The translations under genes and the position numbers were made by a program. Under the pieces are notes generated by a model that saw only the letters and a list, made by a program, of their open reading frames with translations, was not told the origin of the DNA and searched no databases. A DNA stretch of 64,000 nt from a virus: the IMG/VR virus record IMGVR_UViG_3300042540_000949, positions 1 through 64,000 of that record. The stretch is one strand, 5' to 3'. How positions within the stretch are numbered: the first letter of the stretch is position 1; each line of letters opens with the position of its first letter. This document shows, piece by piece, positions 20,564 through 29,730 of this stretch.

Positions 20564-21357
20564 GCGTCTATTTTTTCCCACCTATTAGGTATAATATCAC
20601 TTATGTTGTGATAAGATAATACTGGACCAAACCATTGTTTTGGAGCGATCACTCTATTTATGTCTTCATTCATCCACGCACCCCACCAACTAAAACTAGA
20701 ATTAGACATTATACAATTTTTTCCTTCTTTCATTAAAAATAAATCTATGTAATCTTTATTATTTTCCATAAAAATATATTGATCACCGATAAAATTATTT
20801 TTACATGTTTGAATGTCATCGCTAAAAATAATATAAGGTAACTTAGAATTTAAAAGTTTTATACCATTTAAAAAATATGAAATTGGTAAGTTATTGTGAG
20901 AATAAGAATTTTTAACATAATCCCCGAGACGGATGTGTATAACATTAAATTGTTTTGGTAATGTTTTTAAGATTAGACTTATTTTATTTTTTATATCATC
21001 TGTGGGTTCAAAATATTTTAATATTTGATCTCTGTATTTGTAAAAATACTTTTCACTTTGAAAAAAACCGTTTACTATTGAATTATCTTGTGGTATATGG
21101 GGATCATAGTGAAAAGGGTATTCATATTTTGGAATATTATTTTTTGGTGATTCTACTATACATTTTTGAAATAGATGCAAGTAGTCATTGGCATAATTTA
21201 TTTTTGGGTTATGATATTGCTCATCATTTAAAAATTTTAAATGATCAAATAAATTTGGAAAAGATGGTTGCGTATTATTTTCTTTTGCAAATGCATATGT
21301 TGCTGCCATTTGAAAAAGCATATTACACAAACCACCTTTTAAATAACAATATATCAC
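20560..21357 (-). CDS. GT11 alpha-1,2-fucosyltransferase-like protein
   Basis: GGLCNMLFQ, GFFQSEKYF, HIRLGDY, FSDD, SNSSFSWWGAW. Confidence 0.9.
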   Translation of the reverse strand: MIYCYLKGGLCNMLFQMAATYAFAKENNTQPSFPNLFDHLKFLNDEQYHNPKINYANDYLHLFQKCIVESPKNNIPKYEYPFHYDPHIPQDNSIVNGFFQSEKYFYKYRDQILKYFEPTDDIKNKISLILKTLPKQFNVIHIRLGDYVKNSYSHNNLPISYFLNGIKLLNSKLPYIIFSDDIQTCKNNFIGDQYIFMENNKDYIDLFLMKEGKNCIMSNSSFSWWGAWMNEDINRVIAPKQWFGPVLSYHNISDIIPNRWEKIDA

Positions 21358-21361
21358 AGTA

Positions 21362-22009
21362 TTAACGCTCTACAGAAGTTCCCAAAGAGTAAATATAAAG
21401 TCTTTCTGGTAATTGATAAAATTTATAACCACTATTTGCAGCACGTTTCCACAAATCCCAGTCTTCAGCACCTTTTACATTATTATAAAAATTTAATTTT
21501 TTAAGTGCGGACATTTTAATTATCATAGAACCATGAGTCAAAACATTTTGTTTTGGTAAAATTTTTACTATATCTTCATGAGAATTATACATATTAATAT
21601 CCAAACAACTAGGATATAATGTTTTATCTCTATTAAAGATATTATATGCATGAGTTCCTAAAAAATCTACATTTTCATTTTTTAAAAAATTAAATTGCTT
21701 TTCAATTTTATCTGGCACATATAAATCATCAGCATCTAAAAAACCAACATATTTTGTATCTACTTTTGTTAAACCATAATTTTTAGCACTTGCTAATCCA
21801 GTTTTTGTATTTTTTTCTAAAATAATATTATTAAAAAATTTTAATGAATCTTGTACAACTACTTTTGTATTATTCCAACACTCATCCAACACTACAACAA
21901 CTTTAAAATTTTTACAAGTTTGTTCACACAATGAATCTATTGCTTCTTTTAGATAACAATCATTCGTATCGTTATTGCTGTGAACACAAATTAAAATAGT
22001 TAAATTCAT
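21362..22009 (-). CDS. GT2 glycosyltransferase
   Basis: GLASAKNYGL, FLDADD, EDWDLW. Confidence 0.88.
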   Translation of the reverse strand: MNLTILICVHSNNDTNDCYLKEAIDSLCEQTCKNFKVVVVLDECWNNTKVVVQDSLKFFNNIILEKNTKTGLASAKNYGLTKVDTKYVGFLDADDLYVPDKIEKQFNFLKNENVDFLGTHAYNIFNRDKTLYPSCLDINMYNSHEDIVKILPKQNVLTHGSMIIKMSALKKLNFYNNVKGAEDWDLWKRAANSGYKFYQLPERLYIYSLGTSVER

Positions 22010-22833
22010 ATTGAAAATAATAAATTTAAACGTTCTATGTAAGAATGTTTTTTAGATAATTCGTAACCTCTACTACTTATATCAAGTAAATCGTTATTTT
22101 TTACATATTGTATTTTGTCAATAAGTTCTGATGTATCTTTATACATCAAGCAATTTACATTATCTTTAAAACCTAATTCTATATACTGTGGATTGTAATT
22201 CGTCAATAATATTGTCCCACATCCTATAGTTTCAAACGACCTATAATTTATATCATTTGATATATTCAGATTAAACTGACATTTATATGAGTTAACAGTT
22301 TTAACCATTTCATCACCAATTACAAATATATCTAAATGTAAACCAAAAGATTGTTGTAGCCATTCCAATACTGATTTTCTGTTTACATAATTTCCACAGA
22401 ATCCAATATCATATTGTTTTGGTACATCTAACTTTTTAATTAATAAATTATCAAAAGAGTTTGGAAACCAAATGTGGTATGGCTTTTTTACAAAATTTTT
22501 TGTTGAGTGCAGTAAATAATCATATTTACCTAGTGTAAATGTTTGTTCGTATATATCTTCACCGCGACAATGAGCATCTATACTCCATAAAAATTTTTTA
22601 GGATTTTTTACATTAGATATATTTGGAACCCAATTAGATTCATCATAATTTTCTAAATTGATTATCCAATCATATGATTCATAATCCGGAATTGTATTGT
22701 AGTTTGTGTGACCTAATCCCCAAACATCACATAGATGATTATGTGATATAAATGCTCGCTGTAAGCAAAAACATTCTCTATAATTTCTATTAACATCATG
22801 CCGACCATTTTCTTGTATTAATAATATTTTCAT
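22006..22833 (-). CDS. GT-B glycosyltransferase (CgeB/Glyco_trans_1_2-like)
   Basis: YDIGFCG...NYRSFETIGCG...HSYIER. Confidence 0.75.
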   Translation of the reverse strand: MKILLIQENGRHDVNRNYRECFCLQRAFISHNHLCDVWGLGHTNYNTIPDYESYDWIINLENYDESNWVPNISNVKNPKKFLWSIDAHCRGEDIYEQTFTLGKYDYLLHSTKNFVKKPYHIWFPNSFDNLLIKKLDVPKQYDIGFCGNYVNRKSVLEWLQQSFGLHLDIFVIGDEMVKTVNSYKCQFNLNISNDINYRSFETIGCGTILLTNYNPQYIELGFKDNVNCLMYKDTSELIDKIQYVKNNDLLDISSRGYELSKKHSYIERLNLLFSI

Positions 22834-23432
22834 CTATTTTTTTTAAAAAAAGTATTATCTGTTTTATAACAAATTTCATAATTATTATTTTTTAAAACAT
22901 TAACAGCAGTTTCATTTATATTTTCTACACAAATTAAATTTATTGTTATTTTATCAAAATTTAATCCTAATATGACATTAGAATCATATGCTTCAGTATC
23001 TATGGATAGAAAATCAATATTTGTAATATTATGTTTTAACAACAATTCCGATGTATTATAAACATCAACTATATCTTCTACAAATGGACAATTAAACAAT
23101 TTTTTACACAATAAATGTTGTTCATGACTAAAAGTTGAAATCTGTTCGTATTCGTCGTTTTTATCTATATAAAAAATTTGATTTAATTTTGTTTCTGATG
23201 AACAACCCACATTTTCTAAAATAATATTATTATTTAATGTGTATAAATTTTTTAATTTATTATAATTTTTTTTATTTGGTTCTACTAATAATCCACTCCA
23301 ACCTAATTCTATTAATTTTTTACTATTGGAATTATTAATACCATCGGCTGCGCCAATATCAACTAAAAATCCAGTATTATTATTTTTAAAATAATTTAAT
23401 AAATAAATTTCTTCATAGCCTTGTGAATACAT
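22830..23432 (-). CDS. FkbM-family methyltransferase
   Basis: YSQ..E, VDIGAADG...SNS, GWSGLLVEP, IDFLSIDTE. Confidence 0.88.
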   Translation of the reverse strand: MYSQGYEEIYLLNYFKNNNTGFLVDIGAADGINNSNSKKLIELGWSGLLVEPNKKNYNKLKNLYTLNNNIILENVGCSSETKLNQIFYIDKNDEYEQISTFSHEQHLLCKKLFNCPFVEDIVDVYNTSELLLKHNITNIDFLSIDTEAYDSNVILGLNFDKITINLICVENINETAVNVLKNNNYEICYKTDNTFFKKNR

Positions 23433-23433
23433 A

Positions 23434-24495
23434 CTAACTTCCTTTTTTGTTGTATAAATTACAATATACTTTTTCCCATTCTTTTACAATTTTATTTTCG
23501 TTAAAATCTTGTGCTCTTAATTTTGCATTTTGTGAAATTACAGAATAAAATTCTTTATTTTCAACCAACGACACCAAATAATTCGTATAATCATCCACAT
23601 TGTATGCTACATATCCACCATTATCTATAATTTCTTTTTGTGCATTAAATCCAGCGTAGTGGGATATAATTGGTACACCGTACATCATACCATGTGCTAT
23701 TGCAACACCAAACGATTCTCCATCAATTCTATAGTGCAAAAATACTTGAATAGTATTATATAATTGATGTATAAAATTATCGTCATTTGTTGGTGGAATT
23801 AAAATACAATTTTGCGATAAATTCAACTCATTTATCATTTGAATTGTTTTTTCACAAGGTCCAAGTATAATATATTTGAATTTATATCCCATATTTTTAA
23901 ACTTTACCAAAGATTTTAAAGCTATATCATGAAAATTATCTGGTCTTCCAACTCTACCAAAAATATGATATTCTTCAGGAATATTTAATTCGTGTTTTAA
24001 ATTTTTATTGTTATTTAGAGGTTGTGGTATGGGATTATAAATTTTATAATCAGAACCCCCACGCAACTCTGTTATTCTGTCGGATACAGAAACAGAACAA
24101 TCTAAAAATGGACTATAATCTCTACCAGCAAAAATATTAGTTTCTATTTGCACTGGAGCCAATCGTTCGATGAATGGCCACTCATAATATCCACTTCTTG
24201 CAAAATGAATTATATCAAACTCATATTTTTTTGCTAGTTCTGAAAAATTTGTTGTTAAATAGGAATAACCATTTTCTGGACCAGTTTTTTGATTTGACGC
24301 TTCAAATGGTATTATATTTGATTCTATAAAATTATTTTTAAGATATTCTAATCTATTGTTATTTTTTTTAAAGTTATAAAATACATATGGATCAAATATT
24401 TCTCTATTTAAATTCATCAACACTCGTTCATGTGATCTCCATGTACCACCATAATCTATGGTATGTGAATAAAATAATATTTTAATTTTTTTCAT
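23434..24495 (-). CDS. GT4 glycosyltransferase
   Basis: GGTWR, GRVGR, GESFGVAIAHGMMYGVPII. Confidence 0.82.
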   Translation of the reverse strand: MKKIKILFYSHTIDYGGTWRSHERVLMNLNREIFDPYVFYNFKKNNNRLEYLKNNFIESNIIPFEASNQKTGPENGYSYLTTNFSELAKKYEFDIIHFARSGYYEWPFIERLAPVQIETNIFAGRDYSPFLDCSVSVSDRITELRGGSDYKIYNPIPQPLNNNKNLKHELNIPEEYHIFGRVGRPDNFHDIALKSLVKFKNMGYKFKYIILGPCEKTIQMINELNLSQNCILIPPTNDDNFIHQLYNTIQVFLHYRIDGESFGVAIAHGMMYGVPIISHYAGFNAQKEIIDNGGYVAYNVDDYTNYLVSLVENKEFYSVISQNAKLRAQDFNENKIVKEWEKVYCNLYNKKGS

Positions 24496-25147
24496 AATAT
24501 TTTATAATTTGATAATGATCTGGATGTCTTTGATCTTTATGATCAAAGACTTCACCAACAAATTCATAATTTATTCGTTTTGTTGGAAAAGGTTTTGTGT
24601 TTGGTTCAATTTTAAAAAAAGAATCATGAATATATGCATTATTTACTACTTTATCATAAATTTGCTCTCTTAAAAAATTTTGATCAACTTGCCAAAAATC
24701 ACCTTTAACATAGTCATCAATCATTTTATTTATTCCTTTTAAAATACCATTTCTAGCGCCCCACATACCGCCTAATATTTCTGTTCTATGATATGGGTGA
24801 TCTCTCATAATATGAAAATCAAAAGAAGAATTTAACCAATCATCTACAGCATCTTTTTCTCTTTGAGATAATCTAGAATCAGTATCTCTTGAAATAACAA
24901 TATCATCGCCATCTGCTGCTTTAAATCTCCAAAACATACCTGTCCAATTTCCTTCTTCTGGCATTTCTACAACTTCAGTATATTTTATTCTTTTTAACGC
25001 ATCAATATAACTTTGGGGAGTATTTTTTCCAATATAAAATCTAGAAATCCAGCCAGGATATATGTCTAAAGCCAGATGAGCATTTTTTATTGCTCCCAAA
25101 CAATATTTTGAAGAAGACCCCCATAAACTGTACGATATTATTTTCAT
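24482..25147 (-). CDS. Putative GT-A glycosyltransferase-like protein
   Basis: KIISYSLWG, GMFWRF, SRDTDSR, FHIMRDHPYH, ILGGMWG, DQNFL; island context. Confidence 0.55.
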   Translation of the reverse strand: MKIISYSLWGSSSKYCLGAIKNAHLALDIYPGWISRFYIGKNTPQSYIDALKRIKYTEVVEMPEEGNWTGMFWRFKAADGDDIVISRDTDSRLSQREKDAVDDWLNSSFDFHIMRDHPYHRTEILGGMWGARNGILKGINKMIDDYVKGDFWQVDQNFLREQIYDKVVNNAYIHDSFFKIEPNTKPFPTKRINYEFVGEVFDHKDQRHPDHYQIIKYYEKN

Positions 25148-25773
25148 GACAAATAAACTCCAAATGGTACAGATGTGACGGCATTATTATGCCCATCGTC
25201 TTGATAAAATATTGGGTTATTTACACAATATACTTTATGATTGATCATATCCTCTGCGATACACTCATCACAATAACGATTTATTTCTATACAATTTTCA
25301 AGATTTTTTATAGTTGTGTTTACATAATTTTCAGTAATGTAAATTACTGAATGAATGCCCAACATACCCCATACTTTACTAAAATTATGATTTATTTTTT
25401 GACCTCTTGAACCCCCACCAACAGAATTGCCATTTAACATACCCCACACAGAAGTTCCCAAATAAAACGCATCAGCATCATCTGGAATATTGAATTCTTT
25501 TGTAAAGTTGTTTGTGATATTTACATCATCTTCTAAAATCAAAAATGGTGGTTTTGTTTTTTTAAGTGCTTCAATATGAGCTTTGGCAACCAACGAAGAT
25601 TTTTGTGTTTGAATCTCCATAAAACTTAAATTGGTTTTATCTAAAATTTCACCATAGATGTATTCAACATTTAAAGAATGTTTATCAAAAATACTTTGCA
25701 ATTTTTTATGATTTTGCGTTGCAGTTTTGATTGTTATGAGATAGATTGGTATTGTTGAAATATTAATATTCAT
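25144..25773 (-). CDS. GT25-like glycosyltransferase
   Basis: AHIEAL...LILEDD...FYLG; start at 25773 (MNINIS) preferred. Confidence 0.6.
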   Translation of the reverse strand: MNINISTIPIYLITIKTATQNHKKLQSIFDKHSLNVEYIYGEILDKTNLSFMEIQTQKSSLVAKAHIEALKKTKPPFLILEDDVNITNNFTKEFNIPDDADAFYLGTSVWGMLNGNSVGGGSRGQKINHNFSKVWGMLGIHSVIYITENYVNTTIKNLENCIEINRYCDECIAEDMINHKVYCVNNPIFYQDDGHNNAVTSVPFGVYLS

Positions 25774-26377
25774 AACCTGAATTCGGGGTTGTTCCCCAGT
25801 ATTGTTTTGCGTATATCTTGTCTGACCCAGCGTACTCAATACCACTATAATGTTTGGGTATGAAATACCAACTTGGATAAACTGTTATAGGATATGTGTT
25901 TAAGTATACTGTATTAGTCAAAAGAAGTGGTCCTGTGACTGTCCAAGTTTCTAATGGATGATAACTCATATTTTCATATGTCGATATTCGATTCATTATG
26001 AGTTTCATCAAACGACAGTCCTTAACTGATGCCAAATAACCATTTGACATCAATCCTTTTCGACACTCTTCATTTTCCCAACAACAAAAAGAATCATTAT
26101 CAAGAAAAAAATCATCTAAAGGATTTACGCATTCTGCATCTGCATCAATAAAAAACCCTCCTTCATCGTGAAGAAGTTGATAACGCAAAATATCGGCTTT
26201 ACCAGCCAAAGATGGACAAAGATCAAATTGCTTCTTGCATTTTATTTCGGGTAAGTTATCATCAGTCCATAACTTATGTTGCCAAGAAGGATTTTTGTCT
26301 ATCCAAGTTTCTATAAATTTTTGTGGTCGTTTTGATTGGTCGCCTAACCAAATTTGATGAATAATTTTTGGGATCAT
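25763..26377 (-). CDS. GT32 (OCH1-like, DXD) glycosyltransferase
   Basis: MIPKIIHQIWLG, KADILRYQLL..EGGFFIDAD, TGPLLLT. Confidence 0.88.
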   Translation of the reverse strand: MIPKIIHQIWLGDQSKRPQKFIETWIDKNPSWQHKLWTDDNLPEIKCKKQFDLCPSLAGKADILRYQLLHDEGGFFIDADAECVNPLDDFFLDNDSFCCWENEECRKGLMSNGYLASVKDCRLMKLIMNRISTYENMSYHPLETWTVTGPLLLTNTVYLNTYPITVYPSWYFIPKHYSGIEYAGSDKIYAKQYWGTTPNSGYEY

Positions 26378-26390
26378 AAGTACTCACAAT

Positions 26391-26456
26391 AATATAAGAC
26401 GTATTAAAGAAATGTCAAATATATTTATTTGACTTTATCTAAAGATACTCTATAGT
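26391..26456. promoter_or_regulatory. Divergent sigma70-like promoters: TTGACA-N16-TATATT (-, 26391-26418, island) and TTGACT-N16-TATAGT (+, 26429-26456, uvsY)
   Basis: Both hexamer pairs seen at the strand switch. Confidence 0.65.
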
Positions 26457-26491
26457 TCTCTTAAAAAGAACTTTAAAGAACAATACTAAAG

Positions 26492-26929
26492 ATGAATCTA
26501 GAAGAACTAAAGAACTCTATAACTAAAGACTCTCAAATAGACTCTACAGAACTAGGTATAGAGTCTCTTAAGATACCTCAAATACACTCCAAGTATCTTA
26601 ATCAACTTACGGATCTTAAATTACTTTTGACGAAGTACCAACATGACTTTGCCATTTTGCGTTTGCGTAAATGGAAAATTTATACTGGTAAGGCTTCCGA
26701 AGAAGAACTTACAGATTGGAAAGAAGAACCATTTGAACTGGATATTCTGAAGACAGATGTTGATAAGTTTATGGATGCAGACCCAAAACTTATAGAGCTC
26801 AAGTCTAAAATTTCTGTTACGGAGATCAAAATTAAGATGGTTGAAGAATTTTTAAAAGCACTCAACAACAGAAACTTTGCCATAAAGTCTGCCATTGAGT
26901 GGAACAAAATGATGAATGGTATAGTCTAA
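26492..26929 (+). CDS. uvsY: Recombination mediator UvsY
   Basis: KDSQID..EL..ESLKIPQIHSKY...YTGKA...NRNFAIKSAIEW; precedes uvsW. Confidence 0.93.
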   Translation: MNLEELKNSITKDSQIDSTELGIESLKIPQIHSKYLNQLTDLKLLLTKYQHDFAILRLRKWKIYTGKASEEELTDWKEEPFELDILKTDVDKFMDADPKLIELKSKISVTEIKIKMVEEFLKALNNRNFAIKSAIEWNKMMNGIV

Positions 26930-26936
26930 ATATTAT

Positions 26937-28445
26937 GTGGATATTGAAGTTGATTCTATTGATGAAGTTCGGTATTATGTGAAGACCGACAAAGGCATAA
27001 AACAAGAGTTAAGGGACTATTTTTCATTCATGGTCCCAGGTGCTCAATATATGCCTTTATACAAAAAAAGAATCTGGGATGGTAAAATAAGATTGTTCGA
27101 CATTCTTTCTTCCACTCTTCCCCGTGGATTGAAAACTTATCTAGAAAAGTTTTGTAAAGAACGACAATACCAACTAAATATTAAAGAGACAAAAAATCCT
27201 CTATGCATCACGGAGGACAAACTTTTACAGTTCTACGATACATTGCAGGTTTCGGTAAAGAAACAAGCAGTGAAAATGCACCCACACCAACAGCAGGCCA
27301 TACTGCATGCTTTGAATCAACACAGATGCGTGTTGATTTCGCCTACTGGTTCGGGCAAAAGTTTGATCATATACGTCTTGGTCCGGTTTCTTCAATCCGT
27401 ATTAAAGTCAGATCGGAAAATACTTATTTTAGTTCCCACGGTTGGTCTGGTCAATCAGATGGAATCCGACTTCTTTGACTATTCAAAGAACGACAAGTCT
27501 TGGTCCTGCAAGAAGTACATTCAAAAAATCATGGCTGGGGCAGAAAAGGAACTCAACAGACAGGTTGTGGTTTCTACATGGCAGTCGATATACAAACTCC
27601 CAAAGACTTGGTTTGACCAGTTCGATGCTGTCTTCTTCGATGAGTGTCATCAAGCCAAAGCCGAATCAATCAACTTCATTGGTCAAAAACTCTCAAAGGC
27701 TTGGTTTCGAATTGGTACTACAGGTACGCTAGATCAGGCACAGGCTCATCGACTTAGCATCGAAGGCATTCTTGGTCCTGCGATTCAGTTCATTCAAACC
27801 AAGGGATTGATGAACAAGGGTTTGCTTGCAAAACTCGGGATAGATTGCATAATTCTTAAATATAATGATGAGGAGAAGCAATTCATCAAGAAACAAAAAT
27901 ACATTGATGAATTGAAATGGATCGTAACGAATGAAAAGCGAAACGAATTCATCAAAGAACTCGCCCTCCGCACCAAGGGGAATACCCTTGTCCTCTTTAA
28001 TTACGTCGAAGACCACGGTAAACCACTCGCAGCTCTCTTGGAAGCAGCGGGAACGGATCGCAAAATATATCTCATACACGGAAAAACAGAAGCAGATTCA
28101 AGAGAATACATCCGTAAAGTCATCGACAAAGAATCAAACGCCATTCTGGTGGCCAGTTTTGGTACGACTAGCACTGGCATCAACATTGTCAATCTTGACA
28201 ATATTATTTTTGCTTCACCTACTAAATCGATTATAAGATTGCTTCAAAGCATTGGCCGTGGTCTTAGAGTGTCAGAGAAGAAGAAAACACTCAAAGTATA
28301 TGACATTGTTGACGATCTTTGCTGGAAGTCACACAAGAATCATATCTACAGACATTTCGAAGAGCGTGTGAAGATTTACAAAAAAGAAAAGTTTGATTAC
28401 ACCGTTCATTCGATGTCTTTTACAGACCTAAGAAAAAATAAATAA
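26937..28445 (+). CDS. uvsW: DNA helicase UvsW
   Basis: WDGKIRLF, SPTGSGKS, DECH, GTTGT, LQSIGRGLR; CTAAATA at 26926-26932. Confidence 0.96.
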   Translation: MDIEVDSIDEVRYYVKTDKGIKQELRDYFSFMVPGAQYMPLYKKRIWDGKIRLFDILSSTLPRGLKTYLEKFCKERQYQLNIKETKNPLCITEDKLLQFYDTLQVSVKKQAVKMHPHQQQAILHALNQHRCVLISPTGSGKSLIIYVLVRFLQSVLKSDRKILILVPTVGLVNQMESDFFDYSKNDKSWSCKKYIQKIMAGAEKELNRQVVVSTWQSIYKLPKTWFDQFDAVFFDECHQAKAESINFIGQKLSKAWFRIGTTGTLDQAQAHRLSIEGILGPAIQFIQTKGLMNKGLLAKLGIDCIILKYNDEEKQFIKKQKYIDELKWIVTNEKRNEFIKELALRTKGNTLVLFNYVEDHGKPLAALLEAAGTDRKIYLIHGKTEADSREYIRKVIDKESNAILVASFGTTSTGINIVNLDNIIFASPTKSIIRLLQSIGRGLRVSEKKKTLKVYDIVDDLCWKSHKNHIYRHFEERVKIYKKEKFDYTVHSMSFTDLRKNK

Positions 28446-28462
28446 GAGTAGGAGGACATCCT

Positions 28463-29122
28463 ATGTCCGATTCACTTCCTGAAAATCCTCTTTCAGGCAC
28501 ACTTAGAGTTGTTAGGTTGCTTACGGGAGAGGAATTAATTGGTCTGGTCAAGGATGTGTCCCAACACGAAATTAGTTTGAGAATGCCTGCCTTGATGGAA
28601 AACTATGCAACAAAGACTCCTGAAGGCGATATCATGGAATTCGTCAAACTTGTCAATTATCTTTACAACATTAAAGGGTTTGAAATTTTGGTTCCTCGTA
28701 ATTCAATTGTCTATATGGGAACACCAACAGATGAACTGACATCAATGTATGAGGCATACTTGATTTTGATTCAAGACAACCCAAAATCAGCCATTGCACC
28801 CAATAATGTTTATAGTACAGGAAACCAACAAGGTTTAGAACTTTTAAACGAGCTTTTCAACAATGATGATTTTGTTGGTTTCATCAATGATTTGATGGAA
28901 AATTTTGAGGCTGCTGGAGTGGATCTTGGAGATGATGATGCAGAAGAGGAAGCTGACGTAGAATCGTTTATAAGCCCCGAGGAGGAAGAAACGCCCCCGA
29001 AGCCACCCAAGCGAAAGAAACGCCGTAAAACGAAACCAGAGACCAATAAACTGCCTTATAAACCGGAGAGCCCACCAGAGGATCCGGAAAGTTGGTCAGA
29101 TAACCCTAATGACTATCTTTAA
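28463..29122 (+). CDS. Hypothetical protein, Sm-like N-terminal domain with acidic/basic tail
   Basis: RVVRLLTGEELIG motif; SD AGGAGG; ATAAATA at 28438-28444. Confidence 0.55.
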   Translation: MSDSLPENPLSGTLRVVRLLTGEELIGLVKDVSQHEISLRMPALMENYATKTPEGDIMEFVKLVNYLYNIKGFEILVPRNSIVYMGTPTDELTSMYEAYLILIQDNPKSAIAPNNVYSTGNQQGLELLNELFNNDDFVGFINDLMENFEAAGVDLGDDDAEEEADVESFISPEEEETPPKPPKRKKRRKTKPETNKLPYKPESPPEDPESWSDNPNDYL

Positions 29123-29658
29123 CGGTTTTGTTTCAAGTTTGATGGGACAGCATCTTCCCCATCAACCCACATGTCATAATATGAATATTTGAAACTGCAT
29201 GTGGCCTTTTGAATTACGGCATCACTACTATCGGCTTGAAATACCAAACCATTCAATTTTACTGGTATGATGTAGTGAAAGGTTGTTTGCAAAATTGAGC
29301 AATTATTGGATGGATCAAAAAGATACAAGTTTGCTGAGTGATGCCAATCTTGATACATCAAATTGTGATCGATATCATTTTGAATATTTGTGATATTTCG
29401 AATCCAAGAATACAAATTTTTCCAGTTTGTCAGATCAGAATCTACGATGAATTCAACATTTAATAATTCAAAGTTTGCACTCATGGTGGGAACAGGGATG
29501 GTCACACCAAGAACTGTTGGCTGATTTTGATCGGGGACTGCAATACCTGGCAAATTTGCACGCTGACACATGAGTTCCATTTGCTTGGTTCCACGACCAA
29601 AGATAAGACGAAAATAACTGTTGTAGAGTGGATTGATGTTTGATGAACAAATGCTCAT
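29119..29658 (-). CDS. gp3: Tail completion/tube terminator (gp3)
   Basis: CQRANLPGI, LNVEFIVD..LTNWKNLYSWI, FKYSYY. Confidence 0.85.
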   Translation of the reverse strand: MSICSSNINPLYNSYFRLIFGRGTKQMELMCQRANLPGIAVPDQNQPTVLGVTIPVPTMSANFELLNVEFIVDSDLTNWKNLYSWIRNITNIQNDIDHNLMYQDWHHSANLYLFDPSNNCSILQTTFHYIIPVKLNGLVFQADSSDAVIQKATCSFKYSYYDMWVDGEDAVPSNLKQNR

Positions 29659-29673
29659 AGAAATATTTATGGT

Positions 29674-29707
29674 AAAACAAAAACCTCCCGATTTCTCGGG
29701 AGGTTTT
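29674..29707 (-). terminator. Rho-independent terminator after gp23
   Basis: AAAACCTCCCGA-GAAA-TCGGGAGGTTTT followed by TGTTTT. Confidence 0.85.
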
Positions 29708-29730
29708 CGAAGGTTTGGTTAACTGAATAA

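Noticed and set aside
14593-26377. Island as a DNA hypermodification locus or a bacterial O-antigen contaminant
   Set aside because: No dNMP hydroxymethylase or TET/JBP gene and no wzx/wzy seen; phage-style promoters, and the gp55 promoter lies inside the last island gene. DNA-modifying partners outside the window cannot be excluded
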